Positions 1-6,983 of a stretch of 12,227 nt of DNA are shown here, piece after piece (positions within the stretch are counted from its first letter, which is position 1; the number at the start of each line of letters is the position of its first letter). The notes under the pieces are model-generated. The model was not told where the DNA came from and did not search any database. It saw only the letters and a program-made list of their open reading frames with translations. Position numbers and translations under genes: made by a program. This DNA comes from an uncultured bacterium (lineage in GTDB: Bacteria > Hydrogenedentota > Hydrogenedentia > Hydrogenedentales > JAEUWI01): NCBI GenBank assembly GCA_963977445.1, contig CAXBPH010000209.1, positions 1 through 12,227 of the forward strand, read 5' to 3'.

Positions 1-296
1 GTGCCGGTGGTGAGGAAGACCACGTTGGTGCCCACCCGCCCCTCCACATCAAAGGTGACACTGGTGCGGCCACGGCGAACGTTTCCCGCATAAAAATCTA
101 CGCGATCCCGCTCGCGGACGGGATGGCGAAAGAGGATTTCGGTAAATTTCAGGGTTACCATGCGGGGGGCACCGGTGCAGATGTGGGCGAAAATGCCTGC
201 CGCCTCGTCCATCCAGGACATCATGGTGCCACCGAAAAGATTGCCCCCGGTGCCCAGGTCGCGGGTCATACATATATGGGATGTCACGTGTTTCAC
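1..296 (-). CDS. Acyl-CoA thioesterase, HotDog fold (YciA-like); 3' end runs off the left edge
   Basis: Not in the ORF track. Manual minus-strand translation from GTG at 296-294 (GGAG 8 nt upstream) gives MKHVTSHICMTRDLGTGGNLFGGTMMSWMDEAAGIFAHICTGAPRMVTLKFTEILFRHPVRERDRVDFYAGNVRRGRTSVTFDVEGRVGTNVVFLTTG, open to position 1. It carries the D-x(4)-GN[LV][FH]GG-x(4)-[MI]D, F-x-x-PV and GRTS motifs of this family. Confidence 0.88.
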   Translation of the reverse strand, partial: MKHVTSHICMTRDLGTGGNLFGGTMMSWMDEAAGIFAHICTGAPRMVTLKFTEILFRHPVRERDRVDFYAGNVRRGRTSVTFDVEGRVGTNVVFLTTG

Positions 297-351
297 TGCG
301 GGCACTCCGGTTTCTGCTTATTGGACTAGACGTGGTTTCGCATGGCAAACG

Positions 352-530
352 AACGTAGGTTAGGCGTCCTCGCCTGACCCGTCACGACGCTGATTTTCCA
401 GAGGCGAACCCGAAATCGATAGAGGTCGACAGGCACCAAGGGTTGAACTCGAAATAGAGTCAAAATAACCTTGGCTATGAGCAAGCCTCAGCACGAACCG
501 CGGGTCAGGCGGGGACGCCTAACCTACGTT
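352..530. repeat. Inverted pair of GTAG-type REP palindromes (REPIN/MITE-like element, 179 bp)
   Basis: 352-381 AACGTAGGTTAGGCGTCCTCGCCTGACCCG and 501-530 CGGGTCAGGCGGGGACGCCTAACCTACGTT are reverse complements at 29/30 positions, with a 119-bp spacer. Each arm is GTAG plus hairpin GTTAGGCG-TCC(T/C)-CGCCTGAC. AACG flanks both ends (348-351, 531-534). Confidence 0.85.
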
Positions 531-684
531 AACGGACTTCAGATCTTTGGTGTCGTAGTCATCAATACGTCCTGTAAAAAACAAGTCTATTTTCGATAAC
601 ACGCACAATCGATTTGTATTGCGCAAGGCTCAAATCAGTCTATCTGACTTGCACCGTATCCTGTGGGTTTTGCTATCGGTGCTA

Positions 685-1506
685 TCAACCCGGCAGCGCA
701 TCCAATTGCTGCTGCACTTCCGCAGGGATCTCGATCTGGAGCGCACGACATCGTGCCGCCGCCGCGTGGGCCGCGCCACTGTTTCCGGCGGACGCGTAGG
801 CGGCCACCAGCCCGAGATTGACCGGGCCATTGGAAGGTGCCAGGGTGCGGGCCTGTTCCCAGGTTTCGATGGCCTCTGGCCACTGATTGAGGCTGTAATA
901 GCAAAAGCCCAGGCGATAGGTGTTGGCGTCGACATCCTGCCCTGCATCGATCAGGGCCTTATGCACGGGGATGGCGGGTTCGTATTTTTCCAGGCCATAC
1001 AGCAGCGCAGCGTAGGCCCCGGTGTAGGCGAGGTTGTCGGGAGAAAGGGCGTGGAGTTTGCCATAGCACCAGGCCATGCGCTCCCAGTCTTCATTAATCT
1101 CGGCAATAGTGGCCAGACTGTTGAGTGTGGCCTCGTCGGCAGGATTAATATCGAGGGCCCGCTCATAGGCGCCGACTGCGGCCTTCAAATTGCCCATTTT
1201 GCGCAACGCCAGTCCTAGATTCGCATAGGCCTTGGCGTGGTTGGGCTCGAAAACGATAGCCCGCTGAAAGGCCAGGTAGGCATCGTGATAACGGCCCATA
1301 TCGATGAGGGCGTTGCCCAATCGATAGTAAACTTCGCCGTCTTCCGGATGTTTTGCCACTTCGCTCTGGTAGTGACGCACCCGCTCGGCCACGCCCTGGG
1401 CCTCGGGATTATAGGCCTCCTCTTCCGGCGTGGTCTGGCAGGCACTGAGGCCCAACAGGCAAAGTGCCAACACGGCAGGGCAGAAAATCGATAGGCTTCT
1501 CCGCAT
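685..1506 (-). CDS. Tetratricopeptide-repeat (TPR) lipoprotein
   Basis: 273 aa. Signal peptide with lipobox (MRR...LALCLLGLSA-C) followed by several TPR units (EVYYRLGNALIDMGRYHDAYLAFQRAIVFEPNH, AKAYANLGLALRKMGNLKAAVGAYERALDINP, NTYRLGFCYYSLNQWPEAIETWEQARTLAP). Tandem stops TGA-TAG. Confidence 0.92.
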   Translation of the reverse strand: MRRSLSIFCPAVLALCLLGLSACQTTPEEEAYNPEAQGVAERVRHYQSEVAKHPEDGEVYYRLGNALIDMGRYHDAYLAFQRAIVFEPNHAKAYANLGLALRKMGNLKAAVGAYERALDINPADEATLNSLATIAEINEDWERMAWCYGKLHALSPDNLAYTGAYAALLYGLEKYEPAIPVHKALIDAGQDVDANTYRLGFCYYSLNQWPEAIETWEQARTLAPSNGPVNLGLVAAYASAGNSGAAHAAAARCRALQIEIPAEVQQQLDALPG

Positions 1507-1565
1507 GGTGGAGCCCCTTTCAACATGGGTCGATTCGGTCTTGGGTAGAAATGGAAACGTCGCGA

Positions 1566-1574
1566 ATTATATCA
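1566..1574 (-). promoter_or_regulatory. Putative extended -10 sigma70-type promoter for the TPR lipoprotein gene
   Basis: The minus strand reads TGATATAAT (TGn + perfect TATAAT) about 60 nt upstream of the ATG at 1506. No recognisable -35, which is compatible with an extended -10 promoter. Confidence 0.5.
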
Positions 1575-1683
1575 TAAGGGAACTTCCCGCCGGTCCCTTG
1601 GATTACCTCTTCACGAGTCCGCGTTGGATATCCGGCTTCGCCGGCCCCACTTACCCCCTTGCCGAAAGAGGAACACAATTACT

Positions 1684-2700
1684 ATGAGTAAACCCCATGT
1701 CGCCGTCTTTATGGGCGGACGCAGTGAAGAACACGATGTCTCCTTACGCTCGGGCGCGGGTGTGGTGAAGGCCCTGACATCTGAAGGCTACACCACAACG
1801 CCGGTCGTCATCGGCCGGGATGGGCTGTGGACCGTCAACAACGGCGAGGCCCTCAAACCCGCTGCCGGTGTGGCCGCGCTGGACCAGGCCGCCGTCGACT
1901 GTGCCTTCATTGCCCTCCACGGCCCCTTTGGGGAAGATGGTCGCCTTCAGGGACTGTTCGACATGATCGACCTGCCCTACACGGGCTCGGGCTGTGCGGC
2001 AAGTGCCCTCGCCATGGATAAGGTCCGCTGCAAGGCCGTCGTATCGGCCCAGGGCATCCGTGTGGCAGGCCACTTGGGCCTCGATCGCCCCACCTGGGCC
2101 ATCGACTCGGGCCAGGTCATGGAGGTGGTGGAAAAAGATATCGGCTTTCCCTGTGTGATTAAGGCCGTATCCCAGGGCTCCAGCAAGGGCGTCATCATCT
2201 GTCAGAGCATCCTGACCTTCCGGAATGATATGGAACAGGTCCTGGATATTGAGGACTATGTGATGGTGGAGGCCTTTGTAAAAGGCACGGAAGTCACCTG
2301 CTCCGTATTGGATGCGGACCCGAGTGGACGTATGCGGCCCCTCCCGGTAACCGAAATTTGCCCGAAATCATCCACCTTCTTCGATTACGAAGCCAAGTAT
2401 ACCCCCGGTGCCACCGAAGAAATTACCCCCGCGCGGATTCCCATGGACACGGCCGACCTCGTGATGGATATGGCTGTCCATGTGCATGAAGTGGTGGGTT
2501 GTAGTGGATGGAGCCGTAGCGACTTCATCATTGATGAGCAGGGCCCGGTCTGGATTGAGGTGAATACCATCCCAGGCCTGACGGAGACCTCCCTCTTCCC
2601 CCAGGCGGCGGAAGCGGCGGGCATCAGTTATGCCCAACTCATCACCACCCTCGTGGAAGACGCGATCCGCCGTGTAGAAGTGAAGAAGGCGGCTATCTGA
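1684..2700 (+). CDS. ddl: D-alanine--D-alanine ligase
   Basis: Motifs VAVFMGGRSEEHDVSLRSG, LHGPFGEDG, PYTGSG...SALAMDK, K-x(4)-GSSKGV, FFDYEAKY (omega-loop Tyr), RSDF and EVNTIPG. Start moved to the ATG at 1684 (AGAGGA upstream) instead of the TTG at 1624. Confidence 0.95.
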   Translation: MSKPHVAVFMGGRSEEHDVSLRSGAGVVKALTSEGYTTTPVVIGRDGLWTVNNGEALKPAAGVAALDQAAVDCAFIALHGPFGEDGRLQGLFDMIDLPYTGSGCAASALAMDKVRCKAVVSAQGIRVAGHLGLDRPTWAIDSGQVMEVVEKDIGFPCVIKAVSQGSSKGVIICQSILTFRNDMEQVLDIEDYVMVEAFVKGTEVTCSVLDADPSGRMRPLPVTEICPKSSTFFDYEAKYTPGATEEITPARIPMDTADLVMDMAVHVHEVVGCSGWSRSDFIIDEQGPVWIEVNTIPGLTETSLFPQAAEAAGISYAQLITTLVEDAIRRVEVKKAAI

Positions 2701-2716
2701 CGGGCCTCCTTCTTTT
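2683..2716 (+). terminator. Possible intrinsic terminator hairpin overlapping the ddl stop codon
   Basis: AAGAAGGCGGC (2683-2693) pairs with GCCTCCTTCTT (2704-2714) with one mismatch. The 10-nt loop contains the TGA, and the T tail is short. Confidence 0.35.
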
Positions 2717-2822
2717 GAAACGTACCAACCGAATTTAACAACAGGATTGCAGCAAACACCCGCACAATGGGGCCAAACCCGGCAGTGCACTCGGTGTATA
2801 CCTGCTGATATCAGGATTAGAC

Positions 2823-3677
2823 ATGAGCATTCAATTCACTAAGCTTCACGGACTGGGCAACGACTATCACTTCATCGAAGCAGACAAGTATCCGGGTGTC
2901 GATTGGCCCGCGCTCTCCTGTCAGATGAGTCACCGCCATCTGGGTGCCGGTTCCGATGGCATTATCCTGATTCAGCCGGGCAAAGAACACGATTTTGCCA
3001 TGCGCATCTTCAACGCCGACGGCAGCGAAGCGGAAACCTGTGGCAATGGCATCCGCTGTTTCGCCAAGTATGTCTTCGAGCGGGGCCTCACCGACAAGAC
3101 CGAATTTGTCATCGAGACCCTCGCCGGTCCCAATGGGGTCGTCTTGCAGGTCGAAGACAAGTCCGTCGTTTCCGTGCGCTCCAACATGGGCAAGCCAAAG
3201 TTTGAACGGGCCCAAATCCCCATGCTCGGAAATCCCGGTGACGTAAAAGAGGAAGCCATCGATGTGGCGGGCACCACCATGCACGTGACCTGCGCCAATA
3301 TCGGCAATCCCCATGCGGTATTCTTTGTCGACGATGCGACGGCCGTGAATCTCAATGACCTCGGCCCCAAGGTGGAAAAACACCCAAGCTTTCCCGAGCG
3401 GACCAACGTGGAATTTGTTAACGTCATCGATCGGGACAATATCGTCATGCGCATCTGGGAACGAGGCAGTGGCATTACCATGGCCAGCGGCAGTGGCTCC
3501 TGTGGGGCAGCCCTCGCCTCCATCATTACCGACCGGGTCAATCGCCGGGTCAACGTGCACCTGGTCTTTGGCGTCCTCACTATCGAGTGGGCCGAAGACG
3601 GCTGTGTTTACCAGGAAGGCCCCGCCACCGAAGCCTATAGTGGAACGTGGGACCACGAAATCCCCATGGTGAACTAA
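2823..3677 (+). CDS. dapF: Diaminopimelate epimerase family protein (Cys73/Ser222 variant)
   Basis: Motifs FTKLHGLGNDY, GSDG, IFNADGSEAETCGNGIRC, GNPHAVFFV, FPERTNVEF and RIWERGSGITMASGSGSCGA. The second catalytic Cys position is Ser. AGGA RBS upstream. Confidence 0.9.
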   Translation: MSIQFTKLHGLGNDYHFIEADKYPGVDWPALSCQMSHRHLGAGSDGIILIQPGKEHDFAMRIFNADGSEAETCGNGIRCFAKYVFERGLTDKTEFVIETLAGPNGVVLQVEDKSVVSVRSNMGKPKFERAQIPMLGNPGDVKEEAIDVAGTTMHVTCANIGNPHAVFFVDDATAVNLNDLGPKVEKHPSFPERTNVEFVNVIDRDNIVMRIWERGSGITMASGSGSCGAALASIITDRVNRRVNVHLVFGVLTIEWAEDGCVYQEGPATEAYSGTWDHEIPMVN

Positions 3678-3683
3678 GGGGTT

Positions 3684-4871
3684 TCAGGATAAGGCGGGTG
3701 ACGTGCTGATCCACGCGGCGTTGCGGACGACTTCGAGACGCTCCCGGGCGATGGCCGCCGTGGCACCACGGGTCACGATATAGCCCCCCCGCTCCCGCGT
3801 CGGCATATCGACAACATGGGTCAGAATATCCCCTTCGTGGGCATTGATATGGATGGCTACGACGCCCGGTAATTCCGGGGCGGCCTCCACTCCTTCGAAT
3901 CCGACGACTACCCCGCTACGGGTCAACAGCCAGCTGAATGCGATACCCGTCTCGCACGTGGGTGCCACGGAAGGGTGGTGGCCCAGGGCGCACTCCATGG
4001 CGCAGCGGGTCAAGTCGATGCCCTGCGAAAGGAGAAATACCGTCTGGAGATCCTGATCCAGGCCTGCCGGAGCCTGCACGTCGGTGAGAATAATGTCTCC
4101 GGATTCGGCCGAAATCACGAATTCCATTTGCACCATCCCCCATCCCGTCGGGAGCACGTCGGACACTTCCCGGGCTTGGCGAACTGTCTCATCAAACAAG
4201 GCACCCCGCCGCGCAACGGGCATGGATACGCCCAGGGGCACACGGTAGACCGACGGCGTGACGATTTCTTCGACGAGATCAACGGGCACGAGGGTGCGGC
4301 CCGTCTTAAAGGCCAGAAGCCGGTAGATATCGCCCTCTACGGTAGGCTGAATACGCAGTACACCCTCAGGACTACGCTTGCGCAATTTCTGGATGGCGAG
4401 GGAAAGATCGCTGGGATGTTCTACGCGCATGCACGACGAATCGCCGTTGCCGCAACTGCTTCTCACCCAGCTTGGAATGGGGATGGTGCCGCTCCCGCTT
4501 TCCACAAGGCGGGCCAGGCCATCGGCGGAGAAAGAACGTGCGTTGGGAATAGGACAGGGCCGATCGGGGTGGTCGACCGCACAATTGAGATGGGGCCAGG
4601 CAAAGTGCGGTGCCATTTGGTTGAGCCAGCGTTGATAGCGGCATTCCACCAACCAGACACCCCGTAGATCGAGGCCCTGAAATCGGGGAACCTCCTTGTC
4701 CATATCGTCCAAGGAAATCTGCACGACTTCGGCATTCTCCGGCACGGGCGGGCGGGCACCTTGGCCATCCACGAGATACACCAAGGCAACGCCGAGATTC
4801 CTGGCGATAAGCTCGACGGCCGCTATATCCGTGGGTACCCCGGCAACACCTAATCTTGGTTTTTCAGGCAT
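3684..4871 (-). CDS. Divergent ATP-grasp fold protein with an L-amino-acid-ligase-like C-terminal domain; catalytic motifs degenerate
   Basis: Long ORF filling the gap between dapF and the ABC operon (alternative GTG start at 4901). The C-terminus SGVVVGFEGVEAAPELPGV...EGDIL...ERGGYIVTRGATAAIARERLE resembles the L-amino acid ligase C-terminal domain. IQPTVEG, GMVQMEF and GIDL...ALG align by eye with ATP-grasp segments. Confidence 0.7.
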   Translation of the reverse strand: MPEKPRLGVAGVPTDIAAVELIARNLGVALVYLVDGQGARPPVPENAEVVQISLDDMDKEVPRFQGLDLRGVWLVECRYQRWLNQMAPHFAWPHLNCAVDHPDRPCPIPNARSFSADGLARLVESGSGTIPIPSWVRSSCGNGDSSCMRVEHPSDLSLAIQKLRKRSPEGVLRIQPTVEGDIYRLLAFKTGRTLVPVDLVEEIVTPSVYRVPLGVSMPVARRGALFDETVRQAREVSDVLPTGWGMVQMEFVISAESGDIILTDVQAPAGLDQDLQTVFLLSQGIDLTRCAMECALGHHPSVAPTCETGIAFSWLLTRSGVVVGFEGVEAAPELPGVVAIHINAHEGDILTHVVDMPTRERGGYIVTRGATAAIARERLEVVRNAAWISTSPALS

Positions 4872-5053
4872 GTGCTCCCTCACTTTATTTTCGTACCGCA
4901 CTTACCTCCCACCCCAACCATACTGCATCGTGGGCCCGCAGCGCGAATGCCGTATCTCATTTTTCCGTACTCTTGCCTTTATGCTACCATGACATCGGTT
5001 CTATCGCCCGTTGAATTTCAAATTATATACAACGTCCCCTCTGGAGTAACTAT

Positions 5054-6811
5054 ATGCGTACGTTCACCCTTCGCAAGAACCTGTGGGCTGCAATCGCCGT
5101 AACGGCGGTCGGATTGGCCGGATGCAGTGGATCGTCTGCACCCGGGTCGACAGATACCCCGAGCACAGACACATCCAGTGAAAACGCCCTTCCCAGTGGC
5201 GGCGCAGAGACGCCGAACGAAGTCATGGGCGCCCCCGAAGTGGTTGCCGGTGACCCCGTAGACGGCGATTGGGTCGTCGTTCACCTGGGTGCCGAGCCTG
5301 CGGTCATGAATCCCCACCTTGGCGCGTCCGACTCCTACACCCAGCTCATTGTCAATGGCAACGGGGGCAATATATTTGAGACCCTTTTCGTTCGTGACAT
5401 GGAAACACTGGAGAACAAGCCCCACATTGCGGAACGTTGGGAAGTCTCGGACGATCACCTGACCTACACCTTCTACCTGCGGAAGGATGTGACGTTTTCC
5501 GACGGCGTGCCTCTTACCGCCCACGATGTCCTTTTTACCTATGAAGCCATCCTGAATCCGGTCAATGACACGGCAGACAAACGCAGCTACCTCACGGATT
5601 TTGAGTCTGCCACCCTGCTGGACGACTACACGATTCAATTCAAAGCGTCGAAACCCTACTTTCTCCACCTGGACCTGTTTGGCGACGGCTTTCTTTCTAT
5701 CCTCCCCAAGCATATCTATGGTGAAGGGGATTTCAACACTCTCGCGGCCAATCGGGCTCCGGTTGGCAGTGGCCCCTATCTCTTTTCCAAATGGGATACG
5801 GGACAGGAAATCGTGCTGACAAAGCGGGATGATTACTGGGGCGAAACCAAGCCCCACGTGAACGAACTCCACTTCAAGGTTGTCACCGACAGCAACGCCG
5901 CTATGCAGTTGCTCCGTCGCCAGGAACTGGACTACATGCGCCTCACCCCCGAGCAGTGGGTGCGGCACGCTGTTAAGCCGGAGATTGCAGACCACTACCA
6001 ACGCTTGACCCTCTATTCGCCCGTTGATGGCGCAGCGTCATCCTTCGGCTGGATCGGCTGGAACGCCAAACGGCCCTACTTCGCGGACAAACGCGTTCGG
6101 AGGGCCATGACCATGCTGCTTGATCGAAAGACCATCGGGGAAACCATTTACCGCGGTCTCGTCCGCGTGGTCTCGGGGTCCCAGTTCCCCGATTCGCCCA
6201 GCTACGACAAGACCATCACTCCCTGGCCCTTTGACCCGGAAGGTGCGAAGAAACTCCTCGATGAGGCCGGCTGGATTGACAGCGACCAGGATGGTATACG
6301 AGACAAAGACGGCGTGCCCTTTACGTTTCAATGGATTTTCCCGGCCGGCGTTACCGAATATGAGCAAATGGCCACCGTTTATAAGGAATCACTGGACAAG
6401 GTGGGCATCAACGTGGTGCTGCGCCCCCTGGAATGGGCAACCTTCCTGGAGAGTGTTACCAAGCGATCCTTTGATGCCTGTAGCATGGCGTGGACCTCGG
6501 AATTTGAGTCAGACCCCTATCAGGTATGGCACTCCAGTCAAACCGAGAGTGGCTCCAACTTTGTGGGCTTTGTTAACCCGGAAGCAGACGAGATCATCGA
6601 AACGGCACGGCAGGAATTTGACCCGGAGAAACGGGCGGCCCTCTATCGGCGTTTTCACGCGATTCTCCATGAAGAGCAGCCCTACACCTTTCTGTTTAAT
6701 TCCAAGCGAAAAGTCGTTATCTCCAATCGCTTTCAAAACGTCAAACCCTATATTTTGGGTTTCGATATGCGTGAGTGGTGGGTGCCCCTGGATCAGCAAC
6801 GCTACAAATAG
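5054..6811 (+). CDS. oppA: Peptide/nickel ABC transporter substrate-binding lipoprotein (SBP family 5, OppA/AppA-like)
   Basis: 585 aa, lipobox GLAG-C. Family-5 motifs IAERWEVSDDHLTYTFYLRKDVTFSDGVPLTAHDVLFT, PVGSGPY, FADKRVRRAM and FDPEGAKKLLDEAGW. GGAG RBS. The symbol is family-level; the substrate is unknown. Confidence 0.95.
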   Translation: MRTFTLRKNLWAAIAVTAVGLAGCSGSSAPGSTDTPSTDTSSENALPSGGAETPNEVMGAPEVVAGDPVDGDWVVVHLGAEPAVMNPHLGASDSYTQLIVNGNGGNIFETLFVRDMETLENKPHIAERWEVSDDHLTYTFYLRKDVTFSDGVPLTAHDVLFTYEAILNPVNDTADKRSYLTDFESATLLDDYTIQFKASKPYFLHLDLFGDGFLSILPKHIYGEGDFNTLAANRAPVGSGPYLFSKWDTGQEIVLTKRDDYWGETKPHVNELHFKVVTDSNAAMQLLRRQELDYMRLTPEQWVRHAVKPEIADHYQRLTLYSPVDGAASSFGWIGWNAKRPYFADKRVRRAMTMLLDRKTIGETIYRGLVRVVSGSQFPDSPSYDKTITPWPFDPEGAKKLLDEAGWIDSDQDGIRDKDGVPFTFQWIFPAGVTEYEQMATVYKESLDKVGINVVLRPLEWATFLESVTKRSFDACSMAWTSEFESDPYQVWHSSQTESGSNFVGFVNPEADEIIETARQEFDPEKRAALYRRFHAILHEEQPYTFLFNSKRKVVISNRFQNVKPYILGFDMREWWVPLDQQRYK

Positions 6812-6983
6812 GCACAACTCCACCCTCGGGTCACCTGGTCGTGTCTATGGCGAAGATCCGAACCGTGCAACTGAGAAATTACCGATACCTATGATAGAAC
6901 GTCATTTTCCCCTTCCATGGGGCCTATCCACGAGTCCCTTGTTGTGCTCATCGTGGCTTGCCGATGAGATGAGGTTGTAATAC

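Noticed and set aside
49..363. Short ORFs 49-348 (-), 123-329 (+), 160-363 (+)
   Set aside because: They overlap the thioesterase frame and have no recognisable motifs.
352..530. CRISPR repeat-spacer-repeat interpretation of the 30-bp palindromic repeats
   Set aside because: The copies are inverted rather than direct, there are only two, the spacer is 119 bp, and no cas genes are present.
651..682. GCACCG...CGGTGC inverted repeat just after the TPR gene stop
   Set aside because: Short stem, long loop and no U-tract on the minus strand, so too weak to call a terminator.
1624..1683. Upstream TTG start for ddl (likewise 8987 for oppD and 10077 for oppF)
   Set aside because: The extensions are not family-like. 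The downstream ATGs match the expected N-termini and reduce overlaps.
1684..2700. Van-type D-Ala-D-Lac or D-Ala-D-Ser ligase
   Set aside because: The omega loop reads FFDYEAKY with the Tyr typical of D-Ala-D-Ala ligases, and there are no vanH/X/T/R/S neighbours.
2717..2822. Riboswitch or ncRNA upstream of dapF (e.g. lysine riboswitch)
   Set aside because: The gap is about 120 bp, too short for a lysine riboswitch, and has only small palindromes (CTGATATCAG, GTGCAC) with no consensus I recognise.
1684..4871. Bona fide D-cycloserine or staphylopine biosynthetic cluster
   Set aside because: The other required genes (dcsA/B/D/E; cntL/cntM) are absent from the window, so it is kept only as an analogy.
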